Assembly: GCA_045862955.1 (NCBI GenBank)
Contig: BTVI01000028.1
Span: 1-42,580, forward strand
DNA: 42,580 bases
Origin: Fimbriimonadales bacterium
GTDB taxonomy: Bacteria; Armatimonadota; Fimbriimonadia; Fimbriimonadales; JABRVX01
Direction of reading: 5' to 3'
Shown here one piece after another: positions 9,237-19,757 of this stretch; within the stretch, counting starts at the first letter, position 1; each line of letters begins with the position of its first letter. The notes beneath the pieces are model-generated. The model made no database searches and was not told where the DNA came from. It was given only the letters and a program-made list of their open reading frames with translations. The translations under genes and the position numbers were made by a program.

Positions 9237-10460
9237 TTACTGACGAATCGTAGCGAGAATGGCGTATCCTCGCGTACGGCCATCCGTTGCCGAGCGCACA
9301 GACAGAACGATGGTATCCGAAGCCGGCCCGGTAGAAGGTACTGTCACGAACACTCGCAAAAGCACCTCCTCTCCAACGGCTAGCGTCTTCTTGGGCTGTA
9401 GGATCACAGGCTCACGCCATGCGTGGTCATCGGCCTCGACAAGGAACGTCAGCGGACCTCTCCCTCGGTTCTGGAGGAGCACGTCGTATGTGACAGTACG
9501 ACCTGCTGGCGCCGATTTGGTCTGGGACGTAGGCGTCAGCCTTATCCCGGGGTCGAACTGTGTGACCACCTCGGGATCGCCTGCTGCCTCGGGTCCCCAC
9601 ACGTCACGCCAGAGGGCGGTCTCGTGCTTCAAGTACAGGTTGAAGAATCCAGTGAGCAGACGGCGAGTGATCCGGAGCTGATCGGCCCGAGGCAAGCTGC
9701 CGCTGTCGCAGCCGAAGCTGCTCACATCCTCGAAGCCGCAGTGCCATCCTCCGGTGATCACGGGCAAGAGCCGCGGTGGGCCGCCCGCATCGTACATCCG
9801 CTGTCCGTTCGTCGAGACCGGAACGATGCCGTCCTGGCTGCCGGCGATGAGGCTGACGGGAACGAGGACGTTGGGCATCTGGGCGATTGCGGAGGGGTTC
9901 GTCTCGGCGGCGGCCAGATTGGCCAGTGCCTTGACCCGTGGGTCTGCGGCGGTCGCGAGAATACTGCATCCGCCTCCCATCGAGTGACCGGACATCCCGT
10001 AGGCGTTGGTGTTGACTGCCCGGTAAAGAGCCGACGAGGGATTGGCGTTCTGCAAGGTGAGCCACGTGAGGCAGTCGCGCATGTCGGAGGCGAAGCGTGA
10101 GTGAGACGGGAATAGACCGCCCTCCGACTCGGAGGCTATGACGATGTGGCCCCAAGTGGAGAGGTGCTCTAGCGTGCTTCGGTAGCGGGTGACCGGTTGG
10201 AGGAAACCGTGGCCGAACGAGATTCCCGGACAGGGAGCAGCGGAGGCGTCGAATGGGGTGTTCTCGCCGGGCAGAAGCGCAGGATAGAAGAGGTAAGCGG
10301 AGAAGCTGCCTCCGCCGGTACGAGATACGGTCACGCGCGTCCATCCGGGCTGGTACGGACCTGGCGCGCTGAGGTCGACGTTTGCTAGCGCGGCAAAGGC
10401 GACGCATGCCAGACCGCACATAGCTGCCGCCTTGGGCCCAAGCGAGAAGAGTGAACGCAT
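9237..10460 (-). CDS. Secreted alpha/beta hydrolase (chlorophyllase/cutinase-like) with C-terminal Ig-like domain
   Basis: Signal peptide, HGF oxyanion segment, GHSMGG nucleophile elbow, GSQD acid, GWH histidine, and a beta-rich C-terminal region of about 100 aa. Confidence 0.85.
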   Translation of the reverse strand: MRSLFSLGPKAAAMCGLACVAFAALANVDLSAPGPYQPGWTRVTVSRTGGGSFSAYLFYPALLPGENTPFDASAAPCPGISFGHGFLQPVTRYRSTLEHLSTWGHIVIASESEGGLFPSHSRFASDMRDCLTWLTLQNANPSSALYRAVNTNAYGMSGHSMGGGCSILATAADPRVKALANLAAAETNPSAIAQMPNVLVPVSLIAGSQDGIVPVSTNGQRMYDAGGPPRLLPVITGGWHCGFEDVSSFGCDSGSLPRADQLRITRRLLTGFFNLYLKHETALWRDVWGPEAAGDPEVVTQFDPGIRLTPTSQTKSAPAGRTVTYDVLLQNRGRGPLTFLVEADDHAWREPVILQPKKTLAVGEEVLLRVFVTVPSTGPASDTIVLSVRSATDGRTRGYAILATIRQ

Positions 10461-10602
10461 GCGATTTTCCCCCACTCTCTGGTATTCGACGAGTCGAGTT
10501 CACTCTACCACTGGATTGGAACGCCTGCAAGGCCCTGCCTAAACGATGGTTGGGCCCCGAAAGAATCTGCCGAGATTTCCCCGAGAATCTTAGCCGGCGG
10601 GC

Positions 10603-10632
10603 TTGACTCGTCGAGTCGTGCTTTGCTATACT
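10603..10632 (+). promoter_or_regulatory. rRNA promoter
   Basis: TTGACT-18 bp-TATACT with an extended -10 TG, about 120 bp upstream of the 16S gene. Confidence 0.75.
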
Positions 10633-10661
10633 GCTTCTCGCCTCTGCAAGAGGGGGCTTTC

Positions 10662-10686
10662 GAGTTCGTTGAAAACTAGGTAGGTT
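10662..10686 (+). other. 5' arm of the 16S pre-rRNA processing stem
   Basis: GAGTTCGTTGAAAACTAGGTAGGTT pairs over 25 bp (2 G-U pairs) with 12319-12343. Confidence 0.85.
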
Positions 10687-10749
10687 TGCGCGAGTGTGGT
10701 CCAGGTCCGGCAACGGACCAATCGTCGAAACGTAAGTAACGCTACGTTT

Positions 10750-12273
<1,524 letters not shown>

Positions 12274-12318
12274 CTAAGGGAGTTACTCACGACTCTCGAC
12301 TAACACACCCACTCGAAC

Positions 12319-12343
12319 AACCTGCCTAGTTTTCAGCGAACTC
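12319..12343 (+). other. 3' arm of the 16S pre-rRNA processing stem
   Basis: AACCTGCCTAGTTTTCAGCGAACTC is complementary to 10662-10686. Confidence 0.85.
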
Positions 12344-12358
12344 ATGTTAGTGCTTCTG

Positions 12359-12392
12359 GGAGAGCGCGAGCCCGCTCGCGCTCTTTCCTTTT
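12359..12392 (+). terminator. Intrinsic terminator ending the 16S transcript
   Basis: AGAGCGCGAG-CCCG-CTCGCGCTCT hairpin followed by TTCCTTTT. Confidence 0.85.
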
Positions 12393-12575
12393 GTGTAGAC
12401 CCCATCGTAAGAGCGCCGGCCCAACCTGCCTCCACACTAACACTCCGTGTGCCAGCGATCCCGCATCCCCTATGGCAACGAGTTGCCACGAGTAACCGTC
12501 AGACATCCCCCCCACATCGTCCTCTGCAGATGGGTGAAAGCTCATCAGCACTACTACGCGAGATATGCATAGCGG

Positions 12576-12601
12576 AAAGGCCTCGGCACAACGCCGAGGC
12601 C
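12576..12601 (-). terminator. Probable terminator of the prepilin-domain gene
   Basis: GGCCTCGGC-ACAAC-GCCGAGGCC hairpin with TTT following on the minus strand, about 25 bp past the stop codon. Confidence 0.6.
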
Positions 12602-12624
12602 CGTCCAAAGAGAGAGATGTAGGG

Positions 12625-13440
12625 TTAGTGAACGCCGTAAGTATACCAGTAGCCGAGTCGCTCCGGTTCGCCGCCCGGCCAATTGGACCAGGCCTTGGCG
12701 TGCCCGTCGATGAAAACGACCGAGTGACCCTGTCGGCGGTGGCTGCCATAAAGCTTGTTGCCGGCTTCGGGACCTGCGACAGGCGTAACCATACACAGGC
12801 AGTACGGAGCGCAATACCAGCCGGTCCGCTTCAGGCCGTTCCACGTCACGTTCGGGTCGGGCTCGATGGCGTTCTCGTTCGAGGGGTCTGGGTCGCCGGC
12901 CAGCGGGTCGTCCAAAGCGCCTCGGAAGAAGCAACCCTGATCGTTGTGGCGGTTGGCTTCTTGACCGTTTCGCCGGCCCGTATCGAAGGCGAAGATAGCT
13001 TTCGCTGGCTCCTTCAGCAGATTGGCGGTCTTCATACCCGGTGAGATCACGATGTTGCCGGCGTCATCTCTTAGGGAAAAGCCGGGATAAGACATCGCCC
13101 AGGCACTGGCGATGAAGCCGTACTGGTAGCTGGACGACGGGCACTTGAACACACCGAGGTCGGTCTTGCCCTTCGTCTTGATGTAGGGGTTTATCTTGTT
13201 GGTCCAACCCCAGATCGTCTCGGGTCCGCGGAAGTCATTTAGAACGATGAAGCGTCCGTCATGGGTGCTCAGGTAGAGCTCGTGCCCGAGGCCGATTTGT
13301 TTGGCATTGCTAAGGCACATGGACTGCTTCGCCGCCTCGCGAGCCTGTGCGAACACAGGGAAAAGAATGGCCGCTAGGATTGCGATGATGGCGATTACGA
13401 CCAGGAGCTCGATGAGGGTGAATGCCCTTCTGGGTTTCAT
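12625..13440 (-). CDS. Prepilin-type N-terminal cleavage/methylation protein (DUF1559 / H-X9-DG type)
   Basis: [43 protein letters not shown] and C-terminal H...[17 protein letters not shown]. Confidence 0.93.
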   Translation of the reverse strand: MKPRRAFTLIELLVVIAIIAILAAILFPVFAQAREAAKQSMCLSNAKQIGLGHELYLSTHDGRFIVLNDFRGPETIWGWTNKINPYIKTKGKTDLGVFKCPSSSYQYGFIASAWAMSYPGFSLRDDAGNIVISPGMKTANLLKEPAKAIFAFDTGRRNGQEANRHNDQGCFFRGALDDPLAGDPDPSNENAIEPDPNVTWNGLKRTGWYCAPYCLCMVTPVAGPEAGNKLYGSHRRQGHSVVFIDGHAKAWSNWPGGEPERLGYWYTYGVH

Positions 13441-13515
13441 GCGAGCGAACCTCCTGCAACTGGAATTATATCGCGGCTTTTGCCAAATCTGAACATTGGG
13501 ACCCGGAGGAAGCAC

Positions 13516-14940
13516 TTGAGTCTGCCCGAGATGTATCCGAATCCGAGCCTGAACAACGGCGAGAACCCCGGGACCGCTCCCCAGTTGGTGGTGCTCGAGA
13601 GCGGTTCCGAGCAGGTATCCTCAGACTATCCAATGAAGGCACCGACCAATCTCACGGTAGCCCGACTCGGTCCTTGTACCGTCGCCTCGCCGCTGAAGGA
13701 GACGAGCTTCGTGCCCGACGGCGCGCAGGTGCTGTATCACACCTGCCCCGATGAACTCGCGAAGGCGACCGCCGATGGGTCCCCACCCCCAGCGTTCGAG
13801 CGTGCCGGACCGCGCGAGAAGATTTATTTCGACCCTAAGAAGCTGCGTTGCGGCATCGTGACCTGTGGGGGACTTTGTCCCGGCCTGAACGACGTGATCC
13901 GTGCCCTGGTCATCGAGCTGTGCGACAACTACGGCACCCTACCGGTGATCGGCTTCCGTTACGGCTACCAAGGTCTCGTCGCCTCCTACGGCCACGACGT
14001 GATGGAGTTGACCCCCAAGACTGTCGGCGGCATCCAGTACCACGGCGGCACGATTCTCGGCTCCTCGCGCGGGCACCAAGACATCGGCGAGATGGTAGAC
14101 ACCCTGGAGCGGATGAACATTCGCGTGCTGTTCACGCTCGGCGGAGACGGCACGCAGCGGGCCGCGGCTCTGATGGCGGAAGAGATCGAGCGCCGCGGCC
14201 TGAAAATCGGCATCGTCGGCCTTCCGAAGACGATTGACAACGACATCATGTACATCTCCCAGTCGTTCGGGTTCATCACCGCGGTGGCCGAGGCGCGACG
14301 TGTCATCGCGGCAGCGCACACGGAGGCGCGCGGCGTGCCGAACGGGATTGGGCTCGTGAAGCTGATGGGCCGCACGTCGGGGTGGATTGCGGCATACGCG
14401 ACGCTGGCTAACAGCGAAGTGGATTTCTGCCTGATTCCCGAGCAGCCGTTCCGGCTGGACGGTGAGGATGGGTTGATGGCTTCGCTGGAGAAGCGACTGC
14501 AGAAGAACAATCACGCGGTGATCGTAGCCGCCGAAGGCGCGGGTCAGGACCTCCAACCGGGCGAGCCCGACCACGATGCATCCGGCAACCTGAAGCTGAA
14601 GGACGTTGGGGCTTTCCTCCGGACAGCCATTACCGAGTACTTCTCGTCGCGCGACATCACCATCAACTTGCGCTACCTCGACCCGAGCTACACCATCCGT
14701 GGGGCGCGGGCCGACCCTACGGACGCGGTGTTCTGCCAGCTCTTGGCGCAGAACGCAGTGCACGCCGCGATGGCCGGGCGTACGAACATGCTGACCGGCT
14801 ACTGGAACGGAGAGTTCACGCACGTGCCGCTGCACCTTGTGGTGGGCGAGCGCAAGCAGGTGGACGTGAAAGGCCAGTTCTGGCAGGCCGTCGTCTCCAC
14901 CACCAGCCAGCCGTTCACAATGGGCTACGACCCGGGGTAG
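13516..14940 (+). CDS. pfkA: ATP-dependent 6-phosphofructokinase (long, group X-like)
   Basis: [49 protein letters not shown] 13516 follows GGAGG. The start could also be ATG 13531 or 13633. Confidence 0.92.
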   Translation: MSLPEMYPNPSLNNGENPGTAPQLVVLESGSEQVSSDYPMKAPTNLTVARLGPCTVASPLKETSFVPDGAQVLYHTCPDELAKATADGSPPPAFERAGPREKIYFDPKKLRCGIVTCGGLCPGLNDVIRALVIELCDNYGTLPVIGFRYGYQGLVASYGHDVMELTPKTVGGIQYHGGTILGSSRGHQDIGEMVDTLERMNIRVLFTLGGDGTQRAAALMAEEIERRGLKIGIVGLPKTIDNDIMYISQSFGFITAVAEARRVIAAAHTEARGVPNGIGLVKLMGRTSGWIAAYATLANSEVDFCLIPEQPFRLDGEDGLMASLEKRLQKNNHAVIVAAEGAGQDLQPGEPDHDASGNLKLKDVGAFLRTAITEYFSSRDITINLRYLDPSYTIRGARADPTDAVFCQLLAQNAVHAAMAGRTNMLTGYWNGEFTHVPLHLVVGERKQVDVKGQFWQAVVSTTSQPFTMGYDPG

Positions 14941-14994
14941 GAGCTAGCCTGCCCTCTGCCGCGGGCTTCCGAAGCACGAAGGTACACTTTCGCC

Positions 14995-16026
14995 ATGCCC
15001 GTGGTGGTCGCGGAGCGCCTGTCCCGAACTTTCATCACCCACAAGAAGGAGCCCGGGACACTGGGCGCCCTTCGCAGCCTCGTCACCCGCAAGAAGGTAG
15101 AGGTGAAGGCTGTGCAGGACGTGAGCTTCGGCATCGAGGAAGGCGAGCTGGTCGGGTTTCTCGGTCCGAACGGCGCGGGCAAGACCACCACGCTGAAAAT
15201 GCTCACCGGCATCTTGTATCCCTCGTCGGGCGAGGCCTCGGTGCTCGGATACCCCCCGTGGAAGCGCGACACCCGGATGCTCCGCCAAATCGCCCTGGTG
15301 ATGGGGCAGAAGATGCAACTATGGTGGGACCTCGCCGTGTACGACTCGCTGCGGCTTTACAAGGAGCTGTACGAGGTATCCGAGGCAGACTTCAAGGTGC
15401 GGCTCGCGGAGTTGGCGGAGGCGTTGCAGGTAACGGACAAGCTGCGCACTCAGGTACGGCGTCTTTCGCTGGGCGAGCGGATGAAGTGCGAGCTGATCGC
15501 CGCCCTGCTCCACCGGCCCAAGGTGGTGTTCTTGGACGAGCCGACCATCGGCCTCGACTTGGTGTCGCAAAAGCGCATTCGCGAGTTCCTGCTCGAGACC
15601 AACCGTCGCGACCACACCACCATTCTCTTAACCAGCCACTACATGCAAGACGTGCAGGCTCTGTGCGACCGCGTGCTCATCATCGATCACGGGCGGCTGC
15701 TCTACGATGACCGCTTGGGCAAGCTTCTGAAGTCCTACGGCAGTCACCGACTGCTCCGGCTGCAGTTCGACAGGCCGGTAGAGGCCGAGGAGCTGGGGCG
15801 GTTCGGGCGTGTGGTGCGGCACACCGAGGACACAGCGGACATCGAGGTACCCCGAGCCGAGACGAGTCAGGCCGCGGCGGGAGTTCTCGCCACTCTACCC
15901 GTCTCGGACATCACAATCGCCGAGCCATCGGTAGAAGACGTGATCGCCGAGATATTCAGTGGTGGAAAGGCCCTTCCGGGCGCCAACCAGCCCGAATCGG
16001 ACACTCCCGGGCCAGAGGAGTCGTAG
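14995..16026 (+). CDS. ABC-2 type transporter ATP-binding protein
   Basis: GPNGAGKTT Walker A, LSLGER signature, VVFLDEPT Walker B, LTSH switch. Confidence 0.93.
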   Translation: MPVVVAERLSRTFITHKKEPGTLGALRSLVTRKKVEVKAVQDVSFGIEEGELVGFLGPNGAGKTTTLKMLTGILYPSSGEASVLGYPPWKRDTRMLRQIALVMGQKMQLWWDLAVYDSLRLYKELYEVSEADFKVRLAELAEALQVTDKLRTQVRRLSLGERMKCELIAALLHRPKVVFLDEPTIGLDLVSQKRIREFLLETNRRDHTTILLTSHYMQDVQALCDRVLIIDHGRLLYDDRLGKLLKSYGSHRLLRLQFDRPVEAEELGRFGRVVRHTEDTADIEVPRAETSQAAAGVLATLPVSDITIAEPSVEDVIAEIFSGGKALPGANQPESDTPGPEES

Positions 16027-16076
16027 GACTCCGAAGTGCGACAGGTGCATATTTATCTTGTGGGGGATTGTCGAAC

Positions 16077-17069
16077 ATGCTGAAAACTCTAGTCACCGCA
16101 GTGTTAGCGAGTGGCGTGATGCGTGTGGGAGCGGTGCCGAACGTTGGCGACCACGCACCGGACTTCGAACTGCCGGACCAGAACGGCACTACGCACTCGC
16201 TCGAGCAGCTCCGCGGTCAGTGGGTGGTATTGGCGTTTTATCCGAAGTCCATGACGCCCGGATGCACCTTGCAGAACCGCTCGCTGTCTCAGCACCTCTC
16301 GGACTTCGAGAGGCTCGGTGTGCGCGTGTTCGGCGTGAGCGTGAACAGCGTGGCGGACCAGAAGCAGTTCTGCGAGAAAGAAGGGCTGAAACACACTTTG
16401 CTCGCAGACCCGGACGGCGCAGTGGCGACTGCATACGGCGTGATGACGAAGGTCGGCGTCGCATCTCGCACCACCTTCGTGATTGCGCCGGACGGCCGAA
16501 TCGCCAAGGTGTTCGAGAAGGTGGACCCAGCGAAGGACGCCGAGCAGGTGCTGGCGTTCATCGAGAAAGCGACCGCACTTCCGGACTTCCAGCTCACAGA
16601 GACATCTGGCAGGGAGTGGCGGCTGTCCGAGGTCAAGGCGGAGAAGGGCATCCTGATCCTCTTCGTGTCTCCGATGTGCCCTGTCAGCCGGGCGTATGAC
16701 GACCGGATGAACGCTATCGCGGAGGAGTTTGCCGGTAAGGGGTTCGTGATCCTAGGCGTCGACTCCAACGCGACCGATCCGGATGCACAGATCAAAGAGA
16801 TGGCTGGTCGAATGAAGTTCCCCATCTTGGTAGACAAGGAGTCCCGGGTGGCGGATATGTTCCGAGCTTCCCGTACGCCCGAGGTGATTCTGCTCGGTCC
16901 GGACCGCAAGCTCCTCTACCGCGGCGCGATCGACGACCAGACGGAGCCTTCCAAGGTGACGAAGCAGCACCTGCGCGAGGCGCTGCTGGCGGTGGCCGAG
17001 GGCAAGCCCGTGCCACAGGCCGAAACGCGCTCCTTCGGCTGCACCATCAAGAGGGCGGAGAAGAAGTAG
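16077..17069 (+). CDS. Exported tandem redoxin: BCP/PrxQ peroxiredoxin fused to a second thioredoxin-fold domain
   Basis: Signal-like N-terminus. Domain 1 APDFELPDQ...FYPKSMTPGC. Domain 2 PDFQL...CPVS...TPEV...YRGAIDD...GCTIK. Confidence 0.88.
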   Translation: MLKTLVTAVLASGVMRVGAVPNVGDHAPDFELPDQNGTTHSLEQLRGQWVVLAFYPKSMTPGCTLQNRSLSQHLSDFERLGVRVFGVSVNSVADQKQFCEKEGLKHTLLADPDGAVATAYGVMTKVGVASRTTFVIAPDGRIAKVFEKVDPAKDAEQVLAFIEKATALPDFQLTETSGREWRLSEVKAEKGILILFVSPMCPVSRAYDDRMNAIAEEFAGKGFVILGVDSNATDPDAQIKEMAGRMKFPILVDKESRVADMFRASRTPEVILLGPDRKLLYRGAIDDQTEPSKVTKQHLREALLAVAEGKPVPQAETRSFGCTIKRAEKK

Positions 17070-17074
17070 GGATG

Positions 17075-17105
17075 GGCCCCACCGCCCCTCGTGGGCGGTG
17101 GGGCC
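17075..17105. terminator. GC-rich hairpin after the redoxin gene
   Basis: GGCCCCACCGCCC-CTCGT-GGGCGGTGGGGCC, a 13-bp perfect stem 5 bp after the stop. No U-tract. Confidence 0.55.
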
Positions 17106-17369
17106 GCTGGCTCACGTTACACCGAAGGACAGCCTCTGGGGTCGGTGAGGATCGGCAGGTGCCCGGGGCGGCAGATCCTGTCATCCTGAGCGAGCGGTAC
17201 GCATACGGTAGGTATTAGGGCGAGCTCCGGCAGGTGGCCGAGGGACCCCTATCTACGTCGCCTCCACGCTCGGCCGTACACGCGGATCGGTGATTGCACG
17301 CTGCGAGGTGGGACGAGCCAACGGTCTCATGGCTCCCGAGGGCTTCAGGGTGGGCCTGCCGCATCCGAC

Positions 17370-17510
17370 GATCACCCACACCGCTTCACGACGTCGGGGG
17401 TCACCCACGCCGCACCGCGCTCTCCACGTTCCCCCACACCACTTCGCAACGTCGGGGATCACCCACACCGCGACGCGCGCTCCACGGATCTCCCACGCTA
17501 CTACGCAATC
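17370..17510. repeat. Degenerate tandem repeat, about 30-bp units alternating A/B
   Basis: Five CCCAC(A/G)C(C/T)-anchored units. Units 1 and 3 share CTTC..ACGTCGGGG, units 2 and 4 share CGCGCT..CCACG. Confidence 0.65.
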
Positions 17511-17529
17511 TCACAGATAGTTCCAGACC

Positions 17530-17651
17530 CGTCATGCTGAGCCTGTCGAAGCATGACCCCGCCCACCACCAACGTGGTCTAGGAATGCGCGAACATGCGG
17601 ACCCCGATGTCATGCTTCGACAGGCTCATGCTTCGACAAGCTCAGCATGAC
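17530..17651. repeat. REP-like core elements in an inverted arrangement
   Basis: GTCATGCTGAGCCTGTCGAAGCATGAC at 17531, then a truncated and a near-full forward copy at about 17609-17651. Confidence 0.9.
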
Positions 17652-17899
17652 AGTTCTGGCTAAGCTGAGCAAGGTAGTAGCTGACAGGTAGCAATGTGAC
17701 CACGGCAGCATACTCCCTGATAAAGTGCTAGGATCCACACCGATTTGCTCCTGGTAGGATCGGTTGGTGGCGTCTTCCATAACACGATGCCAGCGGGCTA
17801 CGAAGTCGTTGCCGGGCGAATAGCTGTCGCCTCCCTTATCATGTCCAGTGACTCCTGCCCGCCGACGTCGCCTAGGGCCGCGACGGTGAGGTATTAGGT

Positions 17900-18505
17900 T
17901 CAGTCGCTCTTCCGGTTGAACTCGTTCATCGCCTTCTCGGGGCCGTCTCGAAGCCACATTCGCACGGCGGCGACGACGCGCTCCAGAACCTCTTTGACCA
18001 CGGGTTGTTCCTCCCGGTGAAAGGGGCTCAGTACGTGCTCCACGGCTTGCCCGGGGTTGGCGGGGTCTATGCCGATGCGGAGGCGGGCGAATTCCTCGGT
18101 GCCGAGCGTTTGGATGATGTGCTCCAGGCCCCTCTGGCCGCCGCCGGAGCCACGAAGCCGTATACGGATCCGGCCCAGCGGCAAGGCCAAGTCGTCCGCA
18201 AGCACTAGCAGCCGATCCGGACCCAGGTCATAGTGCCGGAGCAGAGGCTGGACCGCATTGCCCGAGAGGTTCATATACGTCATCGGGAGGGCGATGACCA
18301 CTGGGGTGTTCTCGATCTCCCCATAGCCATACAAGGCCTTGAACTTGCGCGTGCGAAGCTTGATCTTGTGCCTCTCGGCGAGGAGGGTGGCGGCTCGAAA
18401 TCCGATGTTGTGCCGGGTGTGGCTGTACTGCATCCCGGGATTGCCTAGGCCGACGATGAGCCACTCGGGCCGCTCCGTCGGTCCACTGCGCCTGCCGAAA
18501 AGCAT
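17900..18505 (-). CDS. pth: Peptidyl-tRNA hydrolase
   Basis: LIVGLGNPG..Y..TRHNIGF, PMTYMNLSG, DDLALPLG, RLRIGI. Confidence 0.96.
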   Translation of the reverse strand: MLFGRRSGPTERPEWLIVGLGNPGMQYSHTRHNIGFRAATLLAERHKIKLRTRKFKALYGYGEIENTPVVIALPMTYMNLSGNAVQPLLRHYDLGPDRLLVLADDLALPLGRIRIRLRGSGGGQRGLEHIIQTLGTEEFARLRIGIDPANPGQAVEHVLSPFHREEQPVVKEVLERVVAAVRMWLRDGPEKAMNEFNRKSD

Positions 18506-18656
18506 GCCTGAAGATTACCCGTGCCGGAGCCTCATCCCTTTCGGAACTCGCTCCCTCCCGCGCCGGTATACTTCGTTAGTCGAGTAATCCCGATGGCCTG
18601 CTGCTGCAGCCTTTGCGGCGCGGGCCCAGCGGGCGACACGTTCTAGGAGACCGCCC

Positions 18657-19757
18657 TTGACCGCCGTGAGGATAGCCAACACTCCCCTGCCGCCCCTCGT
18701 CGGCGTGGATTCGCGCGGGCTGCGCGCCATGGCGAAGCAGCTCGGAGAGGCCGAGTACCGCGGCACACAGATCGCGGACTGGGTCTACCGCAAGCGGGTG
18801 CAGAGATTCGAGGAGATGACCAACCTGCCGGCGAGGCTGCGGATAGGACTCGCTGAGAGGTTTCGCATCTCCGCACTGACCCACGTCAGCACGCAGGTGT
18901 CCACCGACGGCGTGACCAAGCTGTTGCTGAACACCTCGCGCGGTGAGGGCATCGAGGCCGTTGCGCTGGAGACCGACGACTGGGTGTCCTCGTGTGTTTC
19001 ATCTCAGGTCGGTTGTCCCATGCGCTGCACATTCTGCGCGACGGGACTAGGGGGCTACACTACCAACCTCACGGCGGGCGAGATCGTGGACCAGATACTG
19101 CACCTGCAGCGCGTGACGGGCAAACGGGTGGACCACGTGGGTGTTATGGGAATGGGTGAGCCACTTCTCAACCTCGACGCGGTACTCGCGGCGCTACGCA
19201 TCGCGCACGAGGAGCTAGGCATCAGCTACCGAAAGATGCACGTCTCGACCGTGGGGATCGTCCCGAAGATCCGAGAACTGGCCGAGGCAGACCTGCCTAT
19301 CAACCTGGCTATCTCCCTCCACAGCCCGACCGACTCGGTCCGAGAGCGCTTGATGCCGGTGAACCGCAAGTGGCCGGTGCACGAGCTGGTACTGGCGGCA
19401 CGCGAGTACGTCCAGAAGACGGGACGAAAGGTGACCTTCGAATACCTGATGATTGCGGGTGAGAACGACACGCTGGAGCAGGCGCGGCGCCTCGCTTCGT
19501 TGGTCAAAGGGTTCCCTTGCTTGGTCAACCTCATCCCCTTCAACTACGTGGACACCGGTCATGGCTACCGACGCCCGGACTCGGGGCAGGTCCATGCTTT
19601 TCGAGCGGAGCTCGAAAAGCATGGTGTGAACGTATCGCAGCGAAAGGAGCGGGGTCACGGCATCGACGCGGCCTGCGGCCAGCTCAGGGGCAGGCACGGA
19701 GGCAAGCCTATTCCGCTCGGTTTGGCGCTTTCAGCAGATCGATCCGAGGCGTCATGA
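18657..19757 (+). CDS. rlmN: 23S rRNA m2A2503 / tRNA methyltransferase (radical SAM)
   Basis: CVSSQVGCPMRCTFCATG, MGMGEP, LAISLH, VNLIPFN, IDAACGQL. TTG start after AGGAG. Confidence 0.95.
   Translation: MTAVRIANTPLPPLVGVDSRGLRAMAKQLGEAEYRGTQIADWVYRKRVQRFEEMTNLPARLRIGLAERFRISALTHVSTQVSTDGVTKLLLNTSRGEGIEAVALETDDWVSSCVSSQVGCPMRCTFCATGLGGYTTNLTAGEIVDQILHLQRVTGKRVDHVGVMGMGEPLLNLDAVLAALRIAHEELGISYRKMHVSTVGIVPKIRELAEADLPINLAISLHSPTDSVRERLMPVNRKWPVHELVLAAREYVQKTGRKVTFEYLMIAGENDTLEQARRLASLVKGFPCLVNLIPFNYVDTGHGYRRPDSGQVHAFRAELEKHGVNVSQRKERGHGIDAACGQLRGRHGGKPIPLGLALSADRSEAS

Noticed and set aside
12274..12620. tRNA, 5S or 23S gene after the 16S
   Set aside because: No cloverleaf or GTTCGA T-loop in a tRNA context, and no 23S 5' sequence. 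A terminator follows directly.
18657..19757. Cfr-type resistance methyltransferase
   Set aside because: Chromosomal housekeeping context and RlmN-like motifs, with no mobile element nearby. A phylogeny would be needed to argue otherwise.
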